Assembly (NCBI GenBank): GCA_963830915.1
Contig: CAWHOE010000053.1
Span: 64,001 to 128,000 of the forward strand
DNA from: a candidate division FCPU426 bacterium
GTDB lineage: Bacteria > Oederibacteriota > Muellerivitia > Muellerivitales > Muellerivitaceae
DNA length: 64,000 bases
Direction: 5' to 3'
The notes beneath the pieces are model-generated. The model worked only from the letters and a program-made list of their open reading frames with translations. It made no database searches and was not told the DNA's origin. A program made the translations under genes and the position numbers. Positions 47,939 to 57,529 of the stretch are shown piece by piece. Within the stretch, counting starts at the first letter, position 1. Every line of letters starts with the position of its first letter.

Positions 47939-48646
47939 CTAGCCTCGTTTCTTACTTTTAGGAAAGAGGAAGAAGAGACAACAACCCATGACCAGGGCTC
48001 CCAGATGGGCGTCCCAGGCCGTGCCAGCTGTTTGGTAAATGGTGAACACGCTTCCGCCCAGTTTGGAAAGGGGTGTGACCAGCCATTTCATCTTGGCCCA
48101 GGGCACGAAAGCCAGGGAAAACTGGACCAGGGCCCAGAGCCCCATGACATAAGCGGTTCGGGAGGGCATCTCCAACAGAGGGGCGCCGAAAAAGGAGAAT
48201 ATCCATTTCATCCGGCCCCAGGGATAGAGCATCAGGTACATGGCTCCCAGGCCCGTCACGGCCCGGGATGCCCCCACCAACGCCAGGGTACTTTCAGGAT
48301 GGAAATGCCAATGGGCGAACTCGCCGGCGAAACCGCAAAGGAAATAAGCCGCTAAGTATCTTTTCTTCCCAATGGTTTCCTCCACGCCCTTTCCGAACAT
48401 GAAAAGAAAGGTCGTATTGGCCACCAGTTGGGTCCAACTAGTGCTCAAGAAAAGGGAGGTCACGATACCTATGCCCATATGTCGGAAAGGGGCGGCGGGG
48501 ATGAATCCATAACGGCCCAGGATGTCCAAGAAATCCGGCCGACTCAAGGTCTGATAGCAGACCACAGCGTTCAGGACAAGGATGAGGGTATTGGCCCAGG
48601 GGATCTTTTTGGACGCGGGGTTATCGTCGACGAAAGTGATGAACAT
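47939..48646 (-). CDS. Rhomboid family intramembrane serine protease (divergent)
   Basis: TSLFL, L.AN..FL.MFG..VE...G, VGAS, AHLG. Confidence 0.82.
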   Translation of the reverse strand: MFITFVDDNPASKKIPWANTLILVLNAVVCYQTLSRPDFLDILGRYGFIPAAPFRHMGIGIVTSLFLSTSWTQLVANTTFLFMFGKGVEETIGKKRYLAAYFLCGFAGEFAHWHFHPESTLALVGASRAVTGLGAMYLMLYPWGRMKWIFSFFGAPLLEMPSRTAYVMGLWALVQFSLAFVPWAKMKWLVTPLSKLGGSVFTIYQTAGTAWDAHLGALVMGCCLFFLFPKSKKRG

Positions 48647-48678
48647 GGGTCGGTATTATAAACAAAAAACGGCGATTG

Positions 48679-48706
48679 AACCACCAAGGGCACCAAGGCA
48701 CCAAGA
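48679..48706. repeat. Single arm of REP-like ACCACCAAG family
   Basis: AACCACCAAGGGCACCAAGGCACCAAGA: three CACCAAG subunits in an intergenic gap. Confidence 0.55.
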
Positions 48707-48753
48707 AAACAAATCTAAAAATGTCGGTTCACACAAGCGGTAAACTTTGGCAT

Positions 48754-50973
48754 TTAGGATGAAACGACCAGGCGGTAGTGTCCGCATTGAAATTTCCCAC
48801 CATCCGATTTGAAGGAAGGCTCCCATCCCTCATCCATCAAGGCCGCGCCTGAAAGTTCCAGATCCATGCCGATGAATCGATATTTCTTGGTTGGGTCCAA
48901 CCCTCGCAAACGGATCGGGGCGGGTTTGTCGGAAGGTTTGGGCGGGTTAATTTTGAACACGAAGAGAATCGCTTCTGTTCTTGCCTCATTCACAAAGGAC
49001 CAGGAAGCCCGATCGGAACCTGTGGGGCTTTCCAAACGATAAAAATCCCCGAACTGGATAAGGGGCGCTATCTCCTTATATAAGCGGATGTAACCTACCG
49101 CTTCCTTCTTTTCATCCTTGGTCCATTTGGAAACATCCACTTCATAGCCCAGGTTGCCCGACATGGCGACCAGATGGCGCCATTTCAAAGGCGTTTCCCT
49201 TTTCGTCTGGTGGTTGGGCGAGGCCGAAACGTGAGAACCGTGGGTGATGGGGGGATAGCAGAAGCTAGTGCCGTATTGGATGAATATGCGGTCCAGGCCG
49301 TCGGTGTTGTCCGAAGCCCATATCTGGGGATGATAACTTAATATCCCTAAGTCGAACCTTCCCCCGCCCCCCGCGCAACCCTCGAATAGGATCTGGGGAA
49401 ATCTTCGGTTCAATCGCTCCATCAGGTCATAGACACCCAGTATATGGCGGTGGGATGTTTCAGCTTGCCGATTGGGCGGGAGGATGGCGCTGCCCGCCTC
49501 GGTGACAGGCCGGTTCATGTCCCACTTCACATAATCGACCTTCCCTGCCTCAAGCACCTTACTGATGGTCTCGAAAAGATAATCCCGAACTTCCGCCCGG
49601 CCCATATCCAGGACCAGTTGGTTCCGCATCTCATTGCGATCCCGGCCAGGAACATGCAAACACCAGTCTGGATGTTGTTCATACAGTCGGCTTTTGGGGG
49701 AGACCATCTCCGGCTCGAACCAAAGGCCGAACTTCATCCCCAGTCCATGAATTTCCTCCGCCAGGCCCTGGATACCTCTGGGCAATTTGGCCTTGTCCTC
49801 GAACCAGTCCCCCAGGGAGGAATCATCCTTATCCCGCTTCCCGAACCAGCCGTCATCCAGGACCATTAGTTCGATGCCAAGGTCCTTGGCGTTCTTGGCG
49901 ATGCGCAGGATATCCTCGTGCTTGAAATCGAAATAAGTGGCTTCCCAATTGTTGATCAGGATGGGACGGACCTTGTCCTTCCAGGCTCCCCTCAGGACAT
50001 GTCGGCGGATGAACCGGTGATACTTGAGGCTCAAGGATGAATGACCCTGATCCGAATAGACCATTACGCACTCAGGTGTCTGGAAATTTTCCCCAGGCTC
50101 TAACCGCCACTTGAGATCAAAATCGTTCAGGCCCATTTGAATCCTTAGATTCTTGTCCCGGTAAACTTCCGCTTCCATCAGCCAATTCCCGCTGTAGGCC
50201 AGGGCGAAACCGTAAACCTCACCCTTTTCCTCATCAACCATTCCCCGGCTGACCATAGCGAAGGGGTTCATTTCGTGGGAAAACTGGCCCTTGCGGCTTT
50301 CCAGCCTTGTGGTTCCCGGAAGCAGGTCCCGATCCAGTTTTTGTCTTTCCTTGATCCAGGCCCCGGAAAAACTCGTCAAGCGGTAGTCCCCCGCCGGAAA
50401 ATCCAATGAGGCGCTCATGAGTTTCTGGATATGGACCGGCTCGGGCCCGTTGTTCTTGAGCGCTGCCCGGCGCACCAGCGCGTCCCATTCGGGATAGAGG
50501 GTATAAAAGAGTTCCAGTTGATGGCCCTTGAGCTTATCTTCCAAGACCAGCTTCAATGTCTGGGCATCATTAGGACTATTCACGGTTGTCCCGGGAAGCC
50601 CCTTCAATTCGGGTTTTCCCTCAGTTATCTCGTGGGAACAGTAGACAAACCGGCTCAGCCTGGACCCATCGGATTGTTCTATATGTAAGGCTGGGACGCG
50701 AAGGTCGTTATGGCCGAAATCAGCGAATTCCCGGAGGTGGTTCTCCCTGACAAGTTTGGGATCTTTTAAGAGCTTTTCAACCCATTCTCCCGCAAGTTTG
50801 GTGATTCCCTCAGGACCCAGTGGAGTTCCCCAGTAGAGGTGGTGGATATCCCCATCCGGCGCGATTCCCAATAAATAGGCGGAACCCTTTCCTTCCAACA
50901 CAAAGACATTTTGTTCTTTCCGGATCATTCCCATCTCGTTTCCCAAAGTAACGGCAACATCGATTTTATCCAC
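48754..50973 (-). CDS. Alpha-galactosidase, glycoside hydrolase family 36
   Basis: NNWEATYFDF, LDDGWFG.R, FGLWFEPEMV, YVKWDMNR, GGGRFDLG, WASDNTD. Start may be 50934 or 50928. Confidence 0.95.
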   Translation of the reverse strand: MDKIDVAVTLGNEMGMIRKEQNVFVLEGKGSAYLLGIAPDGDIHHLYWGTPLGPEGITKLAGEWVEKLLKDPKLVRENHLREFADFGHNDLRVPALHIEQSDGSRLSRFVYCSHEITEGKPELKGLPGTTVNSPNDAQTLKLVLEDKLKGHQLELFYTLYPEWDALVRRAALKNNGPEPVHIQKLMSASLDFPAGDYRLTSFSGAWIKERQKLDRDLLPGTTRLESRKGQFSHEMNPFAMVSRGMVDEEKGEVYGFALAYSGNWLMEAEVYRDKNLRIQMGLNDFDLKWRLEPGENFQTPECVMVYSDQGHSSLSLKYHRFIRRHVLRGAWKDKVRPILINNWEATYFDFKHEDILRIAKNAKDLGIELMVLDDGWFGKRDKDDSSLGDWFEDKAKLPRGIQGLAEEIHGLGMKFGLWFEPEMVSPKSRLYEQHPDWCLHVPGRDRNEMRNQLVLDMGRAEVRDYLFETISKVLEAGKVDYVKWDMNRPVTEAGSAILPPNRQAETSHRHILGVYDLMERLNRRFPQILFEGCAGGGGRFDLGILSYHPQIWASDNTDGLDRIFIQYGTSFCYPPITHGSHVSASPNHQTKRETPLKWRHLVAMSGNLGYEVDVSKWTKDEKKEAVGYIRLYKEIAPLIQFGDFYRLESPTGSDRASWSFVNEARTEAILFVFKINPPKPSDKPAPIRLRGLDPTKKYRFIGMDLELSGAALMDEGWEPSFKSDGGKFQCGHYRLVVSS

Positions 50974-51214
50974 AGGTTACAGAATTGCGTTAAAAAATCG
51001 TTTTTTCAGGATATTTTAACAATAATTATGTTTAACCAGCGTTTGTTTCGGAAAGGTAAACTCAGTCCGGATAACTCAAAAAAGAATTATCATAACTTTT
51101 ATTGGGCTAAACAAAACTTTGCTTCATTTGAAGCGTCTAACCTATAATCCGTTTCGATTTTTCTAATTTTGCGTTTGAGGCGATGGCAAATTCAATTTTT
51201 CCACAAGAGGTTTC

Positions 51215-52375
51215 ATGCGTCGTAAACACCGCATCGCCATTCTTCGGGGTCCCCTCCTGAATCCCTTCGAGATGCAATCCTACGAACCTCTTCAAAATGA
51301 ATTCGAAATTACGGCCATCAAACCCCACATCACCCAATTCAATACCGAATCGATCAAAATTCCCCAGCAAACCCTTTGGTGCCCGATTTCCGGCAAAATT
51401 GCCTTTGAAAGGACGAAACGCAAATGGCAGGCGGTCAAGGACCGTTTTCAAGGCGACACCTTCAGTTTTTGCGGTCTTCGGGACCGTTTGAAAGGGTTCG
51501 ACCTTTATCACATCAAGGACCAATCCTTTTGTTTCAGCTTCGAGGCGGCCCTCGCCAAAAGACAATACGGCGGAAAGCTTGTGGTGACCCAGTTGGAGAA
51601 TATCCCCTTCCTGAACGAGGAAAAATTCATGGAGAGGCACATCAAAAAAACCGTGCGGGAGAACGCCGATCTTTTCCTGGCCGCCTCCGAGGGCGCCAAA
51701 CATACCCTCCTGCAAGAGGGTGTGCCAGAAACCAAAATACGCCGTATCGCCAATTCGATCGATACGGAACATTTCAAACCGGGACCTCGGGACCTCAAAC
51801 TGGCGTCCTCACTGGGTATTTCCCCCCGGTCTTTTACCTTGGCCTATATCGGAAGATTGGCCCGAAGCAAAGGGGTTTACACCCTTTTGGAGGCTTTCCA
51901 ACGGATGAGCCGGAAAGATCCGAGCCTTCATTTACTTTTGGTGGGCCATGACGAGGAGGGTATCGAAAGCTGGGTAAAATCCTCCGGCCTACAAACCAAG
52001 GTCCATATGGCGGGGTGGGTTTCCTATAAAGATACTGTCCTTTATTACCGATTGGCGGACCTGTTAGTATTGCCTAGCTTGACGCGCAAACGATGGAAAG
52101 AGCAATTCGGTTATGTCATGGCCGAGGCCATGGCCTGCGGGATCCCGGTGGTCGGTTCGGACAGCGGCGCTATCCCGGAAGTCATCGGCCGGCCGGAAAT
52201 GATCTTCAAGGAAGGATCAGTGGAAAGCCTCCAGCAGGTGCTGGAAGCCCAAAGGAATAGGACATTGGGGCCTGTCAAAAAATGGGTACGCTCGAGGGCC
52301 GTAAATCTTTATTCCTCCAAAACCCTGACCAAGTTCCTAAGGAAAACCTACCACGAACTTCTTGATCGGACCTGA
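51215..52375 (+). CDS. Glycosyltransferase family 4
   Basis: N.IDTEHF.P, IGRL...KG, EQFGYV.AEAMACG.PVV.SD.GAIPEV. Confidence 0.93.
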   Translation: MRRKHRIAILRGPLLNPFEMQSYEPLQNEFEITAIKPHITQFNTESIKIPQQTLWCPISGKIAFERTKRKWQAVKDRFQGDTFSFCGLRDRLKGFDLYHIKDQSFCFSFEAALAKRQYGGKLVVTQLENIPFLNEEKFMERHIKKTVRENADLFLAASEGAKHTLLQEGVPETKIRRIANSIDTEHFKPGPRDLKLASSLGISPRSFTLAYIGRLARSKGVYTLLEAFQRMSRKDPSLHLLLVGHDEEGIESWVKSSGLQTKVHMAGWVSYKDTVLYYRLADLLVLPSLTRKRWKEQFGYVMAEAMACGIPVVGSDSGAIPEVIGRPEMIFKEGSVESLQQVLEAQRNRTLGPVKKWVRSRAVNLYSSKTLTKFLRKTYHELLDRT

Positions 52376-52410
52376 TCTTTTTTAAACCAAACTATTCCAT
52401 TTAGGAGCAT

Positions 52411-52977
52411 TTGATGTTCAACCGGTCGAGAGCCCTTCGGCGGCCTTGGATGCACGAAAAAGAAATGGCCTTGATCCTCAAATATATCCCGGAAAACGCC
52501 GTGATGTTGGAATGGGGGAGCGGAGGCAGCACCTTTTACTTTTCCAAGCGGGCCCGTAAGTATTTCAGCATCGAGCACAATGAGAAATGGGGGAAAACCG
52601 TACAAGCCCGAGTGGGATGGAATGAATTCTGGGCCAAGCTATTAACGGGTCGGAAAGAACGAAAAGTCGAGTACCACATCGTCAAGCCGAACGCGGCGGC
52701 GCCGGCTTTGCCGTCGAAGATCGAGGATTACCGGGATTACGTGGATCAGGTGGACCGGTTGGGAGTTCCCCGTTTCGACATTGTTTTGATCGACGGGCGA
52801 GCCAGGGACCATTGCGCCGAGAAGATCCTCAAATACATCGATGGATCATCCATCGTTTTTATCCACGATTTTTTCATGCCGGGGCGGGAGTATTACGGCA
52901 GGGTCCTGGAAATGTACGACGTAGTGGATTCGGTGAAAGACACTCCCCAGACCCTGGTGGCCTTGAGAAAAAAATAA
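52411..52977 (+). CDS. Class I SAM-dependent methyltransferase-like protein (possible glycan O-methyltransferase)
   Basis: LEWGSGGST, SIEH, FDIVLIDGRAR..C, IHD; follows the GT4 gene. Confidence 0.75.
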   Translation: MMFNRSRALRRPWMHEKEMALILKYIPENAVMLEWGSGGSTFYFSKRARKYFSIEHNEKWGKTVQARVGWNEFWAKLLTGRKERKVEYHIVKPNAAAPALPSKIEDYRDYVDQVDRLGVPRFDIVLIDGRARDHCAEKILKYIDGSSIVFIHDFFMPGREYYGRVLEMYDVVDSVKDTPQTLVALRKK

Positions 52978-53035
52978 CTCGAATGACATTTCTTACCTCG
53001 GGAAATGAAGATCTTTCCCTGGCCGCTTGACCGAG

Positions 53036-53554
53036 CTACTTTTTGATCTCTCCTTTCCTCAACCATTCACCAACCCCCTCCGGTAATTCAGGGGAGGGTT
53101 GGTCCCAGTGGATGCAATCCATCAGGAACTGGGAAGGGACTTTGCCTTGGGGACTCATGAACAAGCCCTGGATGATCCCCTTCGCGTAGACTTCGCCCCC
53201 CACCTCGAAGGTCTGTTCCAGATAGAGCCACTTCTCGTCCCAGGCCAACAACCGGGTTTTCAAGGTATAGGTTTGGAACAGTTTAAGAGGCCTGCGAAAA
53301 TTCATTTTCAGCGCGCCCAGCACGGGAAACATCCTGTTTTTCAGCATGGGCTTGAAAAAACCCGCCCGGATCACCAGGTCGAACCGTCCCAGGTCCATCA
53401 GGGTGAGATAACGGCCGTTGTTCACGTGGAAATTCAGGTCCAGGTCGTTGGGCCAGATTCGTCCATGGATGACCGAGGTGTCCAGCAGGCCCAGCTTTTT
53501 TCTGCGGAAGATCAGGATCAGGATATGTTTGAAGAGGCGCAGGTAAAGATTCAT
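53036..53554 (-). CDS. Hotdog-fold thioesterase family protein
   Basis: WPNDLDLNFHVNNGRYLTLMDLGR, FRRPL..F, WDEKW.Y.EQ.F. Confidence 0.88.
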   Translation of the reverse strand: MNLYLRLFKHILILIFRRKKLGLLDTSVIHGRIWPNDLDLNFHVNNGRYLTLMDLGRFDLVIRAGFFKPMLKNRMFPVLGALKMNFRRPLKLFQTYTLKTRLLAWDEKWLYLEQTFEVGGEVYAKGIIQGLFMSPQGKVPSQFLMDCIHWDQPSPELPEGVGEWLRKGEIKK

Positions 53555-53641
53555 GGTTTCCCCTTTCGGGAAAGCACATCCTATACCTACCAACCTTCTA
53601 TAAAAAAGATGTCAAAACCGATCCGTTAATATTTACGTTAT

Positions 53642-54460
53642 TTACTTGGGTTTATTTTCTTTAGTGGGAATATTCCACCGTTTCAGATCGGTCAAGACGG
53701 TTTGGTCCGCGACACCTTGTAGATAATCCCCCGTGGCGTAATCCAAGTCTCCCATGTACTTCAATCCTTTCGGGCTCTCTTGATAGATCGTCGCGTAGAA
53801 CACACAGGCCGCCAGGTAAGTGCCGGCCGGGCCGGGATGTATGCCGTCCCCGCCCCAAAGATCCAGGGAGGGGCGTAACGCCACCGCGTTCCTCCATGCT
53901 TCCCCCACCGGGGAAACTTCGATGGCCAGTTCATTGGCGTTATCCATATAGCCCTGGGTCAACTGATCCTGCATGGTTAAATAATCGCTATAACCGATCT
54001 CAGGACATCCATTCTTCCGGCCCCAGGTCATGTAAAGGACGGGCAAGGCCCCCGTCTGGCGGATGGCGATGTTCATGGAACGCACCGCCGGATACATTTC
54101 ATTCACCTTCTCGAAAGGGATGGAAGGCACCTGGCTTTGTTCCTGCAGGACCACATAATCCCATTTTTGGTCCTGGATGGTTTTCATCGTGAATGGCGTG
54201 GCGGCGTGTTGATAGAGTTTATAAGCCCCCGGCGCGATCATTCCGGTGGTCACGGGATGGCCGCCCGACAGGGCCAGTTGGGCGAAGGTGCCCGGCAGGT
54301 TGTTGACATAGGTGAAGCTATTGCCGATGAAAAGAAGGGATATCTTAGACGTTAATGGTTTCTGCTCGCCGCACCCAGCCAGCGACGCCAGGCAAAAACA
54401 GGTAACCAATATCCGGCCGGTTATCCGGAACCAATGTTTCGCGCTTGGTTTGAAAGTCAT
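53642..54460 (-). CDS. SGNH/GDSL hydrolase-like lipoprotein
   Basis: Lipobox LAG-C; FIGNSFT, WDYVVLQEQS, PVG.AW, DGIHP. Confidence 0.85.
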   Translation of the reverse strand: MTFKPSAKHWFRITGRILVTCFCLASLAGCGEQKPLTSKISLLFIGNSFTYVNNLPGTFAQLALSGGHPVTTGMIAPGAYKLYQHAATPFTMKTIQDQKWDYVVLQEQSQVPSIPFEKVNEMYPAVRSMNIAIRQTGALPVLYMTWGRKNGCPEIGYSDYLTMQDQLTQGYMDNANELAIEVSPVGEAWRNAVALRPSLDLWGGDGIHPGPAGTYLAACVFYATIYQESPKGLKYMGDLDYATGDYLQGVADQTVLTDLKRWNIPTKENKPK

Positions 54461-54482
54461 GAAAACCTCCAACCATACTTAT

Positions 54483-55247
54483 TCAGCCGCTGGCGGACCG
54501 GTCCAATTGGGTGGAAAAATCCCCATCCACGGCGTTCAGCCCCATGTGCCTAAAACGGCTGTTGGTATCCACCCAGATCTCCCCGCCCATCCCAAGCCAA
54601 CGGTGGCAAAAGCTGTAATCCTCGCTCAAGTATTCCCCGGTCTTCGGGTCGATCATGCAGTTGAAAAGAGCGAACCTGAAACGGCTTCCCGCCAGGGGAT
54701 CCTCGGGGCCGAAATTGGAGCTGTACCGCGTTTCGGGATAACGCTTCATCATCGAAAGCAGGGCGGTCCTTTTGAGCATCAAGAATCCCGTACCGGCGAA
54801 ACGAGCCTTCATGAAACCATCCCTTGATCCGGCCTTCCCCTGCTCGACCGGTTCGTAAACATAGGTCAGGGCCGCCGAGTCCGGACGCCCTTTCCCTTCC
54901 CGAACCAGGGCCTTCAAGCGTTCCGGGTCCATCCATTTATGGGGGCAAACCCCCGCGGATACATCCGCGCCAAAATCCAAAAGTCGAAAGACCTGCTCCG
55001 GCTCGAACCCGATATCCGAATCGATGAAAAGCAGATGGGTGGCCTGCTCCTGTTCCATGAAACGGGCGACCATATCCTGCCTCGCCCGGGGGATAAGAGC
55101 GTCCCCCGAATGGACCAACACGTCGAAGCGGACTCCCTTTTGAGCGCAGGCTTGATGAAGTTTGAGCATGGAGGAAACATAAGGGCCCATAAGCTTTCCA
55201 TCGATGGAAGGTGTCCCGACGATAAGGTAATGGGAGGGTTCGGGCAT
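54483..55247 (-). CDS. GT-A fold transferase-like protein (TPCYGG-family paralogue)
   Basis: TPSIDG, LIPRARQ, THLLFIDSDI, GTGFLM, YLSEDYSFC.RW. Confidence 0.75.
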   Translation of the reverse strand: MPEPSHYLIVGTPSIDGKLMGPYVSSMLKLHQACAQKGVRFDVLVHSGDALIPRARQDMVARFMEQEQATHLLFIDSDIGFEPEQVFRLLDFGADVSAGVCPHKWMDPERLKALVREGKGRPDSAALTYVYEPVEQGKAGSRDGFMKARFAGTGFLMLKRTALLSMMKRYPETRYSSNFGPEDPLAGSRFRFALFNCMIDPKTGEYLSEDYSFCHRWLGMGGEIWVDTNSRFRHMGLNAVDGDFSTQLDRSASG

Positions 55248-55249
55248 GG

Positions 55250-56026
55250 TTATTTGCCTCCAGCAGGAGCGGTCGGTCCAGCGCCAAAAGCCTGGATCAT
55301 GTTCCCCTTGAAGACCATGGACCCCACATGGTCCAAACGGCTTTGGAAATCACCCCAGATCTCCCCGCCCATATCGGTCCAGAGTTTGCAGAAACTGGTG
55401 TCCTCGGATAAATATTGGTTGCCGTCAATGAGGCAGTTGAAGAAGGCGTAGCGGAATTTGCTATCCCTGAGGGGATCTTTCGGGCTGTTCCCGCCCGAGA
55501 ATCGCAATTGGGGATAACGCTCCATCATGGCCAGGAAAACGGAGCGCCTGATCATCATGAATCCTGTCCCGGCATAAGGGACCTTAGCGAAACCATTCTC
55601 GGTCTTGGTTTTTTCATCCCATTGGGAGGTATAGGAATAGGATGCTGATTCCAGATCGGCCTTGCCCTCCTGGGCCAATTTTTGAACCTTATCCCAATGA
55701 ACGCTTTTCAAAGGATAAAGACCGGCGGAGACATCCTTGCCCGAATCCAGCAGTCGGAAAACTTGTTTCGTCTCGAACCCGATATCCGAGTCGATGAACA
55801 GAAGATGGGTGGCGGAGGGGTCTTCCAGGAAACAAGTGACGATATTCTGGCGGGCACGGGTAATGAGGGCCTCGCCCCACAGGTTCAGGACGGTCAGGTT
55901 GACCCCGAGTTTGGCGCAAGCGTCCTGCAGTTGAAGCAAGGAAAGGAAATAGGCGCTAGTCACTTGCCCGCCGTAACAGGGCGTTCCGATGTAAAGATTG
56001 ATAGGGCTTTTCCCGCTTCGCTCCAT
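55250..56026 (-). CDS. GT-A fold transferase-like protein (TPCYGG-family paralogue)
   Basis: TPCYGG, LITRARQ, THLLFIDSDI, YLSED.SFC. Start placed at ATG 56026, not the 56698 of the ORF track. Confidence 0.75.
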   Translation of the reverse strand: MERSGKSPINLYIGTPCYGGQVTSAYFLSLLQLQDACAKLGVNLTVLNLWGEALITRARQNIVTCFLEDPSATHLLFIDSDIGFETKQVFRLLDSGKDVSAGLYPLKSVHWDKVQKLAQEGKADLESASYSYTSQWDEKTKTENGFAKVPYAGTGFMMIRRSVFLAMMERYPQLRFSGGNSPKDPLRDSKFRYAFFNCLIDGNQYLSEDTSFCKLWTDMGGEIWGDFQSRLDHVGSMVFKGNMIQAFGAGPTAPAGGK

Positions 56027-56158
56027 CCGCCAGGTTCCTTTCCAAAAGTATCCAGGACGACATTTTACGGTTTTTCTGCGACAAAAGGATAAATCGATTG
56101 GGTAACGGTATAATGAGCCGATCAAAGACCCAACAAAGTATTCAAAAAGGGGGGGCAC

Positions 56159-56656
56159 ATGAAAGTATTCCTTGTGGTGTTCGTGTTGGCGGTCAGCGGA
56201 GTCGTGGGTTGGTATTTTTACTGCGTCAACCCGGCGATGGATGATTTCCAGGCCGCGGCGCTCAGCGGGAAAGCCGATATCGTGGCTACTTATATGGATG
56301 TTCCCACCCTTAAGAAGAACGCTACGGATTTCGTCAAACTTCGTTTCAATAAACCCGACACCCCATCGGCGGACCTGGACCCGGAGCAGATCAAGGCCAT
56401 CGTCGATTCCTTCGTCACACCCCAGAACGTTATCCTGATGATGAAAGGGGTCTACCTGGAACCCGGGATGACCCCGCCCGAGACCGTGGACGACAAGGCC
56501 CCCCACCCCATGGAGAAACATTTCAACGGGCCCGATGTCTACGCCATCGATATTTACAAGACCCCGGTCATGACCCCGGACAACAGATTGACCCTGGCTT
56601 TTCGAAGGGACGGATGGTTCGGCTGGAAACTGGCGGCTTTCGGCTACGCCTGGTAA
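56159..56656 (+). CDS. Membrane-anchored hypothetical protein (DUF2939-like)
   Basis: N-terminal TM, P...F..AA.....YMD.P.LK, ivD.fVTP, L.F.RDG...WKL. Confidence 0.6.
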   Translation: MKVFLVVFVLAVSGVVGWYFYCVNPAMDDFQAAALSGKADIVATYMDVPTLKKNATDFVKLRFNKPDTPSADLDPEQIKAIVDSFVTPQNVILMMKGVYLEPGMTPPETVDDKAPHPMEKHFNGPDVYAIDIYKTPVMTPDNRLTLAFRRDGWFGWKLAAFGYAW

Positions 56657-56750
56657 TATTATTTTTTTAAGAACACTCAAAGAATTTTTAATTGTCAAAA
56701 CATAATGATTGTTTTCCAGGTAATTTATGAAAGTTAAGGTTTATTCCAAT

Positions 56751-57416
56751 ATGCGTCGATTCAGCCAACTTTTAGTATTCGTCTTTTTGTTTTCCACAAG
56801 CTGTTGCTGGCACCAGCCAGTCGAAAAGCTCAATTGGCAAACCTTCAATATAAACGAAGCATCTGTTTCAATTGACTTACCCTATCCATTAGATGTCAAA
56901 ATAACCAAAAACGACAACACTGCAAATAAACCCGCAGTAATAATTTTCGGCCATTCGAAGAATCCGTACGATTATTCATTTTCCAGTTTTTTAAAAGAAG
57001 AATTAAAAAAAATTGTGGGATTAAAACTAAAACCTGTTTTTTTTGACTTCAATGCTTTTATACATTACGAAAAAGCAGGAAACAAAGGAAGAAAGTATAA
57101 GCTAAGTGAAATTGTAAATAGATGGATTAATTCTTTTTATAAAATTTATACTACTGGGAACAAGAATATTTTCCTAAAAAAAGAGCCTTTCCAACGCTCG
57201 GGTTTATCTGGAGTGATAGTCACTGATAGCTGTGATTGTTACGATGGCAAACGATTCGAATATACTCACCATTCCATTTTCATTTATGTTCCAAACGGTA
57301 GAGAAATGTGGCAAATATACATCAACTACGCCACAAAAGACGATACCGCCGATTCTGAATTGGCACTTTCAGCCGTAAATCGAATTATCAAATCAATAAA
57401 AATTGGGTCGAAATAA
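56751..57416 (+). CDS. AT-rich hypothetical lipoprotein
   Basis: MRRFSQLLVFVFLFSTS-C lipobox-like; Lys/Ile/Asn-rich; base composition unlike flanks. Confidence 0.6.
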   Translation: MRRFSQLLVFVFLFSTSCCWHQPVEKLNWQTFNINEASVSIDLPYPLDVKITKNDNTANKPAVIIFGHSKNPYDYSFSSFLKEELKKIVGLKLKPVFFDFNAFIHYEKAGNKGRKYKLSEIVNRWINSFYKIYTTGNKNIFLKKEPFQRSGLSGVIVTDSCDCYDGKRFEYTHHSIFIYVPNGREMWQIYINYATKDDTADSELALSAVNRIIKSIKIGSK

Positions 57417-57529
57417 CTTCCACTACATTTTTTAACTAATCTTTGAAACTCAAGTATTCACTAGAAGTTTCATTATCTTTCATCTTCCCGCCAATTTTTC
57501 TGTAGATTGGTACCCCAAGGGGGATTCCT

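Noticed and set aside
56027..56698. N-terminal extension of the 482-aa ORF 55250-56698
   Set aside because: It is antisense to the 56159-56656 gene, and similarity to the paralogues starts only at about 56026.
57410..57480. Possible integron attC site after the AT-rich gene
   Set aside because: No clear RYYYAAC/GTTRRRY pair with L boxes, and no integrase or cassette array.
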